64,000 bases of DNA, taken from NCBI GenBank assembly GCA_037129835.1, contig JBAXUE010000003.1, positions 18,793 through 82,792 of the forward strand, given 5' to 3'. Below are positions 20,633 through 30,641 of the stretch, in pieces (the first letter of the stretch is position 1; each line of letters opens with the position of its first letter). The notes beneath the pieces are model-generated. The model was not told the origin of the DNA. It ran no database searches and was given only the letters and a program-made list of their open reading frames with translations. This DNA is from a bacterium. Lineage in GTDB: Bacteria > Patescibacteriota > CPR2 > UBA1875 > CAIMLA01. The translations under genes were made by a program, and so were the position numbers.

Positions 20633-21487
20633 TTATTTTTTCTTCTTCCCTTTTAACTGCTTTTTTTCGGCTTTCTTTTCATCTGCCTCAACTTCAATAA
20701 CAGCTTCTTTGTCTAATTCTTCGACATCGCCGCGCATTACATACCACTGTTGGAAATATGACATAACGGTTGTGACGGTCCAGTATAGAGGGAGTGCGGC
20801 TGGCAAGATAAAGCCTATGTATAAGATCATTAGTGGCATCATATACATAAGAGCGGCTGTTGGCCCCGCCTGGGTACCCGGCTGTTTCGCCATTACTTGT
20901 CTGAGCTGAATAAACTGCGTACCCCCCGCAAGCAGGGTAATAATTACCTCGATATTGATTACGAGTGGTGAGAATGAAGTCATTGCCTTATTGGCAAGAT
21001 TGAATATCCCCAAGAAATAAGTATTAAAGGGCACCGAAAGTGCGCTTTTTACAAAACCAATATCCTTCATCCACGGGTAGAGATAATTCCAAATACCGGC
21101 ATTTGGGCTAAGAAGCTTAATAAAAGCCGGGTCACTAAATTTCATAATGGCATAATATAAGGCAAAGAGTAAAGGAAGCTGAACCAAAGAAGGTAGGCAA
21201 GAAGAGAACGGGTTAACTTCTTTTTCCTTATATAGCTCAAGGGTCATCTCTTGAACTTTTTTGGAATCATTCTTATATTTTTCTTGGATTTTTTTAATCT
21301 CGGGCTGCAGTTTTGTTAAGCCCTTTTGACTTCTGAGCGTTTGGGATTGAAGCGGCCAAAGGATTCCGCGGATGAGAAGCGTTACTAAAATTATGGCAAT
21401 GCCAAAATCATGAAAAGCTATCGAGCTGTAGAAAAATACTAAAATATTTACCAGGGGTTGTACTAAAATTGTATCAAATATGTTCAT
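20633..21487 (-). CDS. yidC: Membrane protein insertase YidC/Oxa1
   Basis: FGIAIILVTLLIR, LQPEIKKIQEKYK, NPFSSCLP..VQLP, LYW motifs. Confidence 0.93.
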   Translation of the reverse strand: MNIFDTILVQPLVNILVFFYSSIAFHDFGIAIILVTLLIRGILWPLQSQTLRSQKGLTKLQPEIKKIQEKYKNDSKKVQEMTLELYKEKEVNPFSSCLPSLVQLPLLFALYYAIMKFSDPAFIKLLSPNAGIWNYLYPWMKDIGFVKSALSVPFNTYFLGIFNLANKAMTSFSPLVINIEVIITLLAGGTQFIQLRQVMAKQPGTQAGPTAALMYMMPLMILYIGFILPAALPLYWTVTTVMSYFQQWYVMRGDVEELDKEAVIEVEADEKKAEKKQLKGKKKK

Positions 21488-21555
21488 TAAATCTTCCTAT
21501 TAACATGAAACATTCTATCACGCGATGAGGGTAAACTCAACAAGCTTAATATTTC

Positions 21556-21616
21556 TTATCCACTACATTGGGGACAAATATAGGGGGTTGTGGAAAACTT
21601 TTTTATGTATTATAAT
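21556..21616 (+). promoter_or_regulatory. dnaA promoter overlapped by DnaA boxes
   Basis: TTATCCACt at 21556; TGTGGAAAA at 21589 overlaps a TTGTGG-17-TATAAT (21611) promoter-like spacing. Confidence 0.55.
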
Positions 21617-21671
21617 GAGCACAGATTTTACTAATTATTGGGTCTTGGGCGGATCCAAACTGGGGTGGAAA

Positions 21672-23036
21672 ATGGAAAAAGAACAGATATGGAAATCGGT
21701 TCTCGGGGAGTTGGAGGTGTCTTTATCAAAGGCAAACTTTACGACTTGGTTTAAAAACACTCAGATAGTCTCCGCCGACGAAAACAGCGCCGTTGTTGGT
21801 GTCCCCAATGTCTTTACTAAAGAGTGGTTAGAGAAAAAATATCATTCACAAATACTAGAGGCCATTGGGCACGTCATACCATCTATAAAAAATATCGATT
21901 ACCGAGTTGGAACTATAAAAAAACTAGAAAAAGACATCCGTCCAGCTGTAGACATTCAGAAAATAGAAGAAAGCGTAAGTTCTTCTGAGGGGATTGAGGA
22001 CGGTTATGTTTCTGTCGGAGATCTTAACCCAAAATACACACTGGAAACCTTCGTAGTCGGAAACTCAAATAAGCTGGCTTTTGCCGCCTGTCAAAGCGTT
22101 GCTGAAAATCCAGGGACAAAATATAATCCCTTATTTATTTATGGAGGGGTTGGTCTCGGCAAAACCCACTTAATGCAGGCCGTTGGTAATGCAATACATA
22201 AAATAAATAAGAAGAAAAAAGTTGTTTATGTTACTAGTGAAAAATTTACGAACGACTTTATATCCTCTATTACTGACAAAAAAACTAACGCCTTTAAAGA
22301 CAAATATCGTAAAACAGATGTACTTATTGTTGATGATATGCAGTTTCTCGCCGGTAAGGAACAAACTCAAGAAGAGTTCTTTCACACCTTTAATGCACTA
22401 CATCAAGCTAATAAGCAGATCATAATTGCCAGTGATCGTCCTCCAAAAGCAATTCCTACCCTTGAGGAGAGGCTAAGATCTAGGTTTGAATGGGGACTTC
22501 TTGTAGATATTCAGTCTCCGGATTTAGAAACAAGGATCGCTATTTTACAGAGAAAAAGTCAATCTCGGGGCTACGTAGTTCAACTTGAGGTGCTTGATTA
22601 TATTGCCAGAAATATTCAAAATAATATTCGTGAGCTTGAGGGTGCGCTCAATAGAATCCTTGCTTATTGCGAACTTAATGGTGGTCAGCCAAGCCTAGAT
22701 GTAGCAAAAACGGTTCTGAGCAGTCTTATAAATAACAGCCGCCGAAAAGGCTTTAATTCAAAACAAATTATAGAAAAAGTTGCGAGTTTTTATGACATCT
22801 CGGTCAATGAAATAATGGGAACAAAGAGAGACAAAGAGATAGTTTTGCCTAGACAAATAGCGATGTATTTAATGCGCGAAGAATTGCAGCTTTCTTATCC
22901 TAAAATAGCAAGGGAGCTTGGTAAAAAAGACCACACTACCGCTATTCATTCTTGCGATAAAATAGAAAAAGAACTAGACCACAATGAAGTGATGAGACAT
23001 GAGATAGGGTTAATAAAGGAAAGGTTATATGGTTAG
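21672..23036 (+). CDS. dnaA: Chromosomal replication initiator
   Basis: YNPLFIYGGVGLGKTHL, QEEFFHTFN, RLRSRF, RELEGAL, DHTT motifs; ATG at 21672. Confidence 0.97.
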   Translation: MEKEQIWKSVLGELEVSLSKANFTTWFKNTQIVSADENSAVVGVPNVFTKEWLEKKYHSQILEAIGHVIPSIKNIDYRVGTIKKLEKDIRPAVDIQKIEESVSSSEGIEDGYVSVGDLNPKYTLETFVVGNSNKLAFAACQSVAENPGTKYNPLFIYGGVGLGKTHLMQAVGNAIHKINKKKKVVYVTSEKFTNDFISSITDKKTNAFKDKYRKTDVLIVDDMQFLAGKEQTQEEFFHTFNALHQANKQIIIASDRPPKAIPTLEERLRSRFEWGLLVDIQSPDLETRIAILQRKSQSRGYVVQLEVLDYIARNIQNNIRELEGALNRILAYCELNGGQPSLDVAKTVLSSLINNSRRKGFNSKQIIEKVASFYDISVNEIMGTKRDKEIVLPRQIAMYLMREELQLSYPKIARELGKKDHTTAIHSCDKIEKELDHNEVMRHEIGLIKERLYG

Positions 23037-23285
23037 TTGTGGATAAGTATGTTTATAACTAGTTATTATCCTATTTCTTCCTTGTTTAGAAAACAAAGTT
23101 AAAAAATGGGCAAGAAAAGTTATCAGCATTGTTACCAATAGTTATACCTAGGGTTGTACGGTTTTAAAAACACATAAAATAAAGTAAAATTAAGATTAAA
23201 AAAGGTCTTTTAACAAACATACACAGGGTTTATTACTAAGATTATTAATATATATTATAAATAATTAGACAAATAAGGGGATAAG
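23037..23285. other. Replication origin oriC (dnaA-dnaN intergenic)
   Basis: Perfect DnaA box TGTGGATAA at 23038-23046, degenerate boxes, and box-GGG-trinucleotide run plus AT-rich tract at 23209-23265. Confidence 0.85.
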
Positions 23286-24383
23286 ATGAAAGTATCAATT
23301 CTAAAAGAAAATTTAGCAAAAGCATTATCAATTTGCGGAAGAGTAGTTTCTACTAGAGGAAGCTTAGAGATCCTTAGTAACGTAATGATTAGCACAGAAT
23401 CAGGTAGAATAAAAATATCTGCAACAAATCTAGAAGTTGGTATAAACTATTGGGTTGGTGCAAAAGTAGAAAAAGAAGGGGCTATCACAGTTCCTGCTAG
23501 ACTTATTACAGATGTTGTTAGTTCTCTTTCTAGTGAAAAAATAATATTAGACATAGAAGATACAACACTTCATATCAATTCTGACAATGACAAACTCTCT
23601 ATAAAAGGAATTTCAATTGATGAGTTTCCTCTTATTCCTAAAATAGAAAATACTACCTTTAAAATTTCTTCTAAGGTTCTTCGCGAGGCACTAAGCCAGG
23701 TTAGTTTTGCTGCAGCTCTTGATGAGGCACGCCCCGTACTTTCCGGTGTGTATATGTTAGTAGACGGGGACAAGCTTGTTTTAGCTGCGACAGACAGTTA
23801 TAGGCTTGCCGAAAAAATAATCAAATTAGAGAAAAAAGTAGCTGATAGAATAGAAGTAATTATTCCAGCAAGAGCTCTTATAGAATTATCTAGAACGCTC
23901 TCAGATCTAGAAACGGATATAAAAGTTTGTATTACCGACAACCAAATTTTATTCGCAGCAGACGAGGTAGAGTTCACATCTAGATTAATAGAAGGAAATT
24001 TTCCAAACTATAAACAAATCATCCCCGATACTAGTGATACAAAAGCAGTTGTTTCTGTAAGCGATTTTTCCAGCGTTCTAAAAGTTGCTAGCCTTTTTGC
24101 TAGAGAAAATGCCAATAGTGTTAATATATATATTAAATCAAAAGGGAAAATAGAAATAAATGCGACATCTTCGCAGGTTGGTGATAGTTCTTCTGTTATT
24201 GATGCAGAAGTAGAAGGAAAAGATGGAGAAATCGCCTTTAACAGTAAATATATTCTTGAAGTTTTATCTAGTCTTAAAAGCGAAAAAATAGAATTTGAAA
24301 TTAGTGGTAAATTAAATCCGGGAGTAATACACCCAGAGGGAGTTAAGGACTATACTTATATTATTATGCCGCTTCGCTCTTAA
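23286..24383 (+). CDS. dnaN: DNA polymerase III beta clamp
   Basis: ATNLE, RPVLSGV, ATDSYRLA, FPNYKQIIP, IMPLR motifs. Confidence 0.97.
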   Translation: MKVSILKENLAKALSICGRVVSTRGSLEILSNVMISTESGRIKISATNLEVGINYWVGAKVEKEGAITVPARLITDVVSSLSSEKIILDIEDTTLHINSDNDKLSIKGISIDEFPLIPKIENTTFKISSKVLREALSQVSFAAALDEARPVLSGVYMLVDGDKLVLAATDSYRLAEKIIKLEKKVADRIEVIIPARALIELSRTLSDLETDIKVCITDNQILFAADEVEFTSRLIEGNFPNYKQIIPDTSDTKAVVSVSDFSSVLKVASLFARENANSVNIYIKSKGKIEINATSSQVGDSSSVIDAEVEGKDGEIAFNSKYILEVLSSLKSEKIEFEISGKLNPGVIHPEGVKDYTYIIMPLRS

Positions 24384-24388
24384 TATTT

Positions 24389-25471
24389 ATGGAAATCAAA
24401 AGCTTAAAACTACAAAATTGGCGAAGCCATAACACATTAAACTTTGATTTTAATGAAATTACTATTATTATAGGAGTAAATGCTTCTGGAAAAACAAACT
24501 TTTTAGAAGCTATATATTATTTAGCGACCGCAAAAAGCTTTCGTTCTAAAGATATGAATTTAATTGGCTGGGAACAAAACTTTACAAGGATAGAAGCTGT
24601 TATAAATAAAGGCAATGATAAAGAAGATATTACCGTTGTTTTGGAAAAATTACCCAATTTTAGGAAGACAGTAAAGCTAAAAGAACAAAAAGTTAGTAGT
24701 AGTAAAATACTAGGTCATCTGAATTGTGTTATTTTTACCCCAGAAGAAATAGAACTAATATATACTCTTCCTGATGCAAGAAGAAGATATATAAATCTTA
24801 TACTCAGCCAGACGAACGTCAAGTATGCATATAACCTACTTCATTATAAAAAAGTTGTAGAACAAAGGAACAACCTTTTAAAGAGACTTTCAAAAGGAAC
24901 TGGGAGTATTGGCGAGTTAGAGTTGTGGGACGGCAAGCTTGCTGAATATGCCACACCAATAATAGAGGAAAGGCTAGACTATTTAAGACAAATAAATGAC
25001 AAAATAAGTGATTATTATAAAAAACTATCAAATCAAAAAGCCTCGCTAGAAATCAAATACAAGCCTTCTGTAGAGCCCGACAAAGGCTGGGCGGGGATTA
25101 TTGAAGGATTGCTTAAAAATCGCGAGAGAGACACCGTAGTTGGCTCTACAAGCATAGGACCACACCGTGATGACTTGGGTTTTATAATGAATGGTAGGGA
25201 TATCGTCGATTTTGCATCTAGGGGAGAGTTTAGGACGGTTATGCTCGCCCTAAAACTATCAGAAATAGATTACTTCTATCAAAAAACTGGGGAGAAGCCA
25301 GTTCTTCTGCTTGACGACGTATTTAGTGAGCTAGACGAATGTCGCAGAGACCTACTATCTCAGATATTTCTAAATCAACAAACAATAGTGACCACCACTG
25401 ACCTTGACCATGTTAGTAAAAATATTTTAGAAAAAGCAAAGGTAATTAATCTAGGACAAACTTGTGGATAA
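24389..25471 (+). CDS. recF: DNA replication/repair protein RecF
   Basis: GxNxSGKTN, GPHRDD, ASRGE, LLLDDVFSELD motifs. Confidence 0.95.
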   Translation: MEIKSLKLQNWRSHNTLNFDFNEITIIIGVNASGKTNFLEAIYYLATAKSFRSKDMNLIGWEQNFTRIEAVINKGNDKEDITVVLEKLPNFRKTVKLKEQKVSSSKILGHLNCVIFTPEEIELIYTLPDARRRYINLILSQTNVKYAYNLLHYKKVVEQRNNLLKRLSKGTGSIGELELWDGKLAEYATPIIEERLDYLRQINDKISDYYKKLSNQKASLEIKYKPSVEPDKGWAGIIEGLLKNRERDTVVGSTSIGPHRDDLGFIMNGRDIVDFASRGEFRTVMLALKLSEIDYFYQKTGEKPVLLLDDVFSELDECRRDLLSQIFLNQQTIVTTTDLDHVSKNILEKAKVINLGQTCG

Positions 25472-25748
25472 TAACAACCTTTTTTCTAAAAGGCTCGATC
25501 AGCTTGGAATAAAAAGACAAGTTGATGCTAGTATGATAGTGGCAATGGCCCAAAAGATTATTACCGATACTTTTGGCGAAAGAGGAACAGAAAATATTCG
25601 TGTCGTATCTTTCAACAGAGGTACCTTAAAAATAACCACAACGAGCGGTGCTTGGTCTGCAGAGTGTCAGGGAATACTTCCAAAAATAAAAACACCACCC
25701 ATCGAAAGAGTAGTGTTTGTGAGTGGATATTATAACGAAGAAAATTAG
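25464..25748 (+). CDS. DciA/DUF721 family protein
   Basis: Position after recF; G.LxI...S.AW..E pattern. Confidence 0.6.
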   Translation: MDNNNLFSKRLDQLGIKRQVDASMIVAMAQKIITDTFGERGTENIRVVSFNRGTLKITTTSGAWSAECQGILPKIKTPPIERVVFVSGYYNEEN

Positions 25749-25752
25749 CGCC

Positions 25753-26415
25753 CTAAAGATTTATATCTATTTTTTCTGTGTTGGCACCCTTGTCTTTTAG
25801 CCAAGTGATAACGTCTTCACTTGTTCCTTCGTTTGAATAAGAAACAAGAATATTGACCCTACCGTTTAGCATTAGCGAACCTTCAAAAATGGTAAATTTA
25901 TCATTTTCAACAGGTATGCTACTAATAAATTCAAAACCCTTTGTTTTACCTTCTTCAAAGGCATCTTCTTCGGACATTAATTTTTCTGTCATCGAAGTGC
26001 TGATCATCTCATTTTCTTTTAATGCCCTGGTCTTAAAAGATATGTCAGACACGCGTCCCTTTAGCGACAGAAAATCAGAATAGGGTGTTATTGTTAATGT
26101 ATATTCATTATTTGGAAGCAAGTAACCATTCTTTTCAAAACTAATAAATAATTTATTTTTACTCACCGAGGACTGCACCACTGGTTTGTAGCTTGAGTTG
26201 ATTTTGTCTTTAATTTCTACTTTTGTTAGACCCTCTTTGATGTTAGAACCATAAGTGAGGATTATCTTGGGCTCTAGCGCTACATTTTCTTGGCCTGTTA
26301 CCACAGAACTATCCTTGAGTTCGGGGGGTCTAAGAATAAAGGGTAGTGTAACTATGCCTACAAATAAAAAACCTATTAATGTAAATATTATAATCAGTCT
26401 TGTTTTTGACTCCAT
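25753..26415 (-). CDS. Partner P5: single-pass membrane protein, Ig-like domain plus shared C-terminal domain
   Basis: N-terminal TM; beta-rich middle; C-terminal IP...F.I...WL...G......I; start overlaps E5 stop. Confidence 0.7.
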   Translation of the reverse strand: MESKTRLIIIFTLIGFLFVGIVTLPFILRPPELKDSSVVTGQENVALEPKIILTYGSNIKEGLTKVEIKDKINSSYKPVVQSSVSKNKLFISFEKNGYLLPNNEYTLTITPYSDFLSLKGRVSDISFKTRALKENEMISTSMTEKLMSEEDAFEEGKTKGFEFISSIPVENDKFTIFEGSLMLNGRVNILVSYSNEGTSEDVITWLKDKGANTEKIDINL

Positions 26416-27023
26416 TATTCGGCCTCAAAACTATTGCCAAAACGAAGCCAGGTTCCGCGGCCATAGTTTGGATAGCTTTTAATCATCACGCAGGCACCAG
26501 CGTTGCCCTCGATGGTGTACAGTCTGGTGCCGACAATATTATAGACTATTCCAATGTGATGATCTTTCTGGATCATATCCCCAGGTTTTGGAATTTTTGT
26601 AGTGATATCGTATTTATATTTTAAGCTGTCCATCATGCCATTCGCTGCACAGGTATGAGGAAAGCTTGCACCAGCATGCCCGTATACCCACCCGGCAAAG
26701 CCTGCACACCAAGGCCAATCACTAGGAGAAAGACCACAGGCGTATTTCACATATTTTTGTGGGTCACCCTCATTTTGTTGAGATCCGGTGCCACACACCT
26801 TGGCGTCAAACTCCTTTTGGGCTTCGTCTATTATCTTTTGCCTAATCCCCGTAAGATTAGTCGGCGGCGTAAAAGCTCCTGGGATAATAGCAGTGGGAGA
26901 AAAATATGGGCAAGAAAAAAAGTCGACAGCACGAACCAGCTTGGGGTTAATTGAAATAATAACGATTAACAACAGTGTAGAAAAGATGACAGCAACCAGG
27001 TGTGTAGTTTTTTTGTTATTCAA
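26415..27023 (-). CDS. Hydrolase E5: secreted CHAP-domain amidase/peptidase
   Basis: Signal peptide ending VRA; PWCAGFAGWV, PKPGD, HIGIV, TIEGN motifs. Confidence 0.88.
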   Translation of the reverse strand: MNNKKTTHLVAVIFSTLLLIVIISINPKLVRAVDFFSCPYFSPTAIIPGAFTPPTNLTGIRQKIIDEAQKEFDAKVCGTGSQQNEGDPQKYVKYACGLSPSDWPWCAGFAGWVYGHAGASFPHTCAANGMMDSLKYKYDITTKIPKPGDMIQKDHHIGIVYNIVGTRLYTIEGNAGACVMIKSYPNYGRGTWLRFGNSFEAE

Positions 27024-27639
27024 CGGTATACTCTATCTGCAACTTGTTGTAGTCTTTGTCTGTGGCTAGTAGCCACTCTTCTGCTTCTTTGGCGTAAGTG
27101 TCTCGTTTACTAGAGTCGCCGGCCAATACTAGGGTGATTAATATATTCGGTTTTGAATCTTGATTTGCATAATTAATATCTATTCTATAATTACTTTTAT
27201 AATAAGGTAGATTGGCAAGAATGGGGTAATCCTTAACTAGCTTGTCTAATTTTTCTTGGGACTTTGTTTCCATTGCGTATTCAACATCGTATAGATCTTC
27301 TGTGGAAAGCTTGTCGTATGTAATGGTTGTCGTATCTGCATCGAGGGCGACCTCAACTGTTTGAGTCTTATTATTCGCCACATCGAAAGACGTTGTCTTA
27401 CTTATAAAAAGATCCTGAGAAAACACTATGTTATAATGGCCGGAGCTTAAATAGATTGTTTGGTCGCCAGTATATTTTTTATCTCCGATCGAATAGGAAA
27501 CCCTTTTAGGGGAAACTACAAACTTGACATTTGCACCCCCGCGCAGGGCATAGTTTACCCCAAATAAAAGAATTAAAAGCAAAGCAAAAGATCCCGCTAT
27601 AAACAAGTATAAGGTAATTTCATTTTTTGATATATTCAC
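27016..27639 (-). CDS. Partner P4: single-pass membrane protein, PEGA-like plus shared C-terminal domain
   Basis: N-terminal TM; clear paralog of 30628..31347. Confidence 0.75.
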   Translation of the reverse strand: MNISKNEITLYLFIAGSFALLLILLFGVNYALRGGANVKFVVSPKRVSYSIGDKKYTGDQTIYLSSGHYNIVFSQDLFISKTTSFDVANNKTQTVEVALDADTTTITYDKLSTEDLYDVEYAMETKSQEKLDKLVKDYPILANLPYYKSNYRIDINYANQDSKPNILITLVLAGDSSKRDTYAKEAEEWLLATDKDYNKLQIEYTVE

Positions 27640-27648
27640 TCGACCTCC

Positions 27649-28287
27649 TTATTTTAACCGAACAGCCCAAGACATATCAGAATACCACGACTTACACTTT
27701 GGTCTGTAGGCATGTTTACCGATTGATGCGCCCAAAACCCCACCAGGACACCCACAGTAGCCAGGGCCGACATAAAGCATGGCATGTGAGCCGTAGTCTA
27801 CATTAAATAGCATATCGCCTGGCTGTAGTTGTTTTGTGCTAGTTACGGGATGAATAATTTGATATTTATCAGAATGTTTATTGTAGTAGTTTTTAATAGC
27901 TTCGCCCGCTAGCGTATTTACTAGTGCGCTTGGATCTACTCCTGAATGCCTAAGAGCCGTGACCACGAAACCGTAACAGTCGGTCACTCCCTTTTCTTTT
28001 TCGTGATCGTAAAGCGAAGGATTTTTTATATATTCACAGCCTTTTGCAATAAGGGCAGTCGCACCAGCTCCAGGAGTGCCGGGCAGTCCGGGAGTGACAC
28101 CACCCGTCCCTCCGCCGCCTGTTCCGCCGCCACCCGTACCGGGGGTAACCACTGGGGATACGTAAATGGGACAATCGAGGAAGTTAATTGCCCTTGTTGT
28201 TTTGGGATAGGCAATAAAACAACAGAGAACTAAAAGAACTGCCGTGAATATTATTAAGGATTGTTTTCGTTTATTTTTCAATCTCAT
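27649..28287 (-). CDS. Hydrolase E4: secreted NlpC/P60-superfamily cysteine amidase
   Basis: Signal peptide ending TRA; Gly linker; TDCYGFV, LQPGD, SHAMLYVG motifs. Confidence 0.8.
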   Translation of the reverse strand: MRLKNKRKQSLIIFTAVLLVLCCFIAYPKTTRAINFLDCPIYVSPVVTPGTGGGGTGGGGTGGVTPGLPGTPGAGATALIAKGCEYIKNPSLYDHEKEKGVTDCYGFVVTALRHSGVDPSALVNTLAGEAIKNYYNKHSDKYQIIHPVTSTKQLQPGDMLFNVDYGSHAMLYVGPGYCGCPGGVLGASIGKHAYRPKCKSWYSDMSWAVRLK

Positions 28288-28966
28288 ACCTTTCAATTGT
28301 GGTTAGTCCAGTGGCAAGATTAATAATATCTAAAGGAATTCCCAGCTCATTTAATAAGGCACTATCGTAATCCGTGCCGGGGCCGTATACCACCCTCCAA
28401 ATACCTTCTTCCTTTTTTTGGATTATCATCGCATCTTCCACTTCTTCGTAGGACGCCTTTATCCACGATATGGCCCAGTCGTTAATAATTTTTTTATTTA
28501 CCGACTCAAAAGGAATATCTACATTGCCTTTTATGTTGTCATCTATTTGCTGAAAATCATTTTGATATTCATTTAGCATTTCTTTCTCTTTGAAAATAAT
28601 GAGGTTCGTTTTTTCTAGGGCTTGTTTATAGTTATTTTGTTTAATAAGGTCTGTTGCTTCTGATAAATCTTTATCAAAATATTCAGGATTGTAATTTATT
28701 TCAGCTAAGTCATTTTTAATACCTGCACGAATGACAGCTATAGAGTAGTTAATACATGTGGACTCATTGTCTTCACAGTTTGGGTATTCTTCTGAGGGCG
28801 TCCATTTATCATTACTAGCTAGTTCTTTAAAGGTTCTCGCATCGTAGGCCGTTGTAGATTGTTGAACCAGATATATAAGGCCAATAATAACAAGTAGCGC
28901 CAAGGACAAGCCCGAAATAGCCACGATATAAAGTGTTTTTTTGTCTTTTATTAGATTGGTTTCCAA
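28271..28966 (-). CDS. Partner P3b: single-pass acidic membrane protein
   Basis: TTG start with AGGGGG SD; N-terminal TM; C-terminal W.VVYGPGT motif. Confidence 0.7.
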   Translation of the reverse strand: METNLIKDKKTLYIVAISGLSLALLVIIGLIYLVQQSTTAYDARTFKELASNDKWTPSEEYPNCEDNESTCINYSIAVIRAGIKNDLAEINYNPEYFDKDLSEATDLIKQNNYKQALEKTNLIIFKEKEMLNEYQNDFQQIDDNIKGNVDIPFESVNKKIINDWAISWIKASYEEVEDAMIIQKKEEGIWRVVYGPGTDYDSALLNELGIPLDIINLATGLTTIERYEIEK

Positions 28967-28999
28967 AGTTGCCCCCTTATTTTTTTAGATAAGACCCAT

Positions 29000-29521
29000 T
29001 CACTCCACTAACCCTAGGTCAAAAACCTTAAAAGCGTTTCCCTCGTCCTTTATTATTGTTATCCAATAATTTTGTTTTAAAGAATTTTTTTCTGTAGAGC
29101 TTGATAGCGTTGTATCAACACTTACTAAAAGGCACATATGCCCACCCTCTTGTTCCTCGCAGTATTCTACCGGCCCAGATGCGGCAGAGCTGTCTGTTAT
29201 AGGAGATACGAGGTTTACGTTTTCATATTCCAAGACAGGGCTGTCTTTTGTAAAATATTTTAGCAACCTTTCTTTGCGGGATTCTGTTGTTTCAGAAATT
29301 GATTGTTGGGAATACTCTTCTATTGCTTTCTGCGCCAATAATGTCTGATTGTTTAGGCTCCATTCCTCCCGCTTGTCCGCTACGCTATTCGTTATTTGCT
29401 TATCGTTTTTCTTATTTGTTGTTACTTTTTCATTTGTGGAATTAATATATAGCACGAAACCTATAAATATTAATATAGTGCCAGCGATAATAGATATAAG
29501 CAGCATTTTATTTTTATTCAT
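29000..29521 (-). CDS. Partner P3a: single-pass acidic membrane protein
   Basis: ATG 1 nt after the E3 stop with GGAGG SD; N-terminal TM; alpha+beta domain ending in strands. Confidence 0.7.
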   Translation of the reverse strand: MNKNKMLLISIIAGTILIFIGFVLYINSTNEKVTTNKKNDKQITNSVADKREEWSLNNQTLLAQKAIEEYSQQSISETTESRKERLLKYFTKDSPVLEYENVNLVSPITDSSAASGPVEYCEEQEGGHMCLLVSVDTTLSSSTEKNSLKQNYWITIIKDEGNAFKVFDLGLVE

Positions 29522-29522
29522 C

Positions 29523-30641
29523 TTAACCTCCACTCATTGACCAATGCCAATCCTCTGCAGGATAATTAATAAAACCATATGTTGCACCATTTTTCTTTAA
29601 CCATTTATATACAGGATCTCCCTTGCTTACTAACGATCCTTTATAAGTAAAGTCAATAGCAAGGCCTCTTTCGTGATTAGAGTTTCCTGGTTTGGCTACC
29701 TTACCTCCACAATTTGGTGAGCAACCGGCATATATACCTTGTTGCGTTTCGTAACTGCGAAACCCGCTCCCGCTTAAGGAGACGCCGTCTGCCTTTGCTG
29801 CCGCAATCATTTCCACTGTTCTTTGAGAAATTAGGGCGTTAACCACCCCTACTGCAGTGCCACACTTTCGGAAAGTAAATCCGTTCGTCGGGTGCTTATA
29901 AGTCCCCTTGTCAGAAGAACCTGAGGCATATGCGACACTTGAATAATCCGTTCCATTCTTTAAGCTCCACCCACTTCCCTTACTGATGGTATTTGCTGGC
30001 TTTGCAGTGCCAGAACCACCACCAACACTTGTTGTGGTTGTTGGTGTTGCGGCCAGCTTGCATTTTGGTCTCGAGAAACCGGCTAGATCAGAGCGCCCAT
30101 AAGAAGAGATTCTAACATATGCCCCCGTATATGGAGCCTCTATCATTTTGCCACCACCGATTACCATTCCTACGTGGTGGATAGGACTCCCGAAAAACAC
30201 TAAATCCCCGGGTAGCTCGCTTCCTTTACTGACCTTTGGCTGACCAGAGTATTGGTCACCAGAATAATGCGGCAATGAAACACCTGCCTTTTTATACGCA
30301 TATAGCATGAGCCCCGAGCAATCAAAGCTATTGGGGCCAGCGGCTGCCCAAACGTAAGGCTTCCCTATTTGTTTCTGAGCTTCGGCTACGGCGATGGCGG
30401 CACAGGCATTCGGTGTACCGCTGATAGTCCCCCCACCAGCACCACCACCCGTCCCACCACCAATACCCGGAATCGTTGGCAAGGTTATGGGCTTGATATA
30501 AATAGGACACTCCCAAAAGGAGATAGCCATTGTTTTAATGGGTATTATGAATAACAGACCAAGGCTCACAAACAATAGTCCAAACAAAAGAAATACTTTT
30601 CTTGGAACCAGCCTCTTTATTTTATTGTTATTCCGCGACAT
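29523..30641 (-). CDS. Hydrolase E3: secreted NlpC/P60 (C40) endopeptidase fused to an M15/VanY-like zinc peptidase
   Basis: GKPYVW..GP.SFDCSGL, PGDLVFF, HHVG; then SGFRSY..Q, PGNSNHERGLAIDF, EDWH. Confidence 0.92.
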   Translation of the reverse strand: MSRNNNKIKRLVPRKVFLLFGLLFVSLGLLFIIPIKTMAISFWECPIYIKPITLPTIPGIGGGTGGGAGGGTISGTPNACAAIAVAEAQKQIGKPYVWAAAGPNSFDCSGLMLYAYKKAGVSLPHYSGDQYSGQPKVSKGSELPGDLVFFGSPIHHVGMVIGGGKMIEAPYTGAYVRISSYGRSDLAGFSRPKCKLAATPTTTTSVGGGSGTAKPANTISKGSGWSLKNGTDYSSVAYASGSSDKGTYKHPTNGFTFRKCGTAVGVVNALISQRTVEMIAAAKADGVSLSGSGFRSYETQQGIYAGCSPNCGGKVAKPGNSNHERGLAIDFTYKGSLVSKGDPVYKWLKKNGATYGFINYPAEDWHWSMSGG

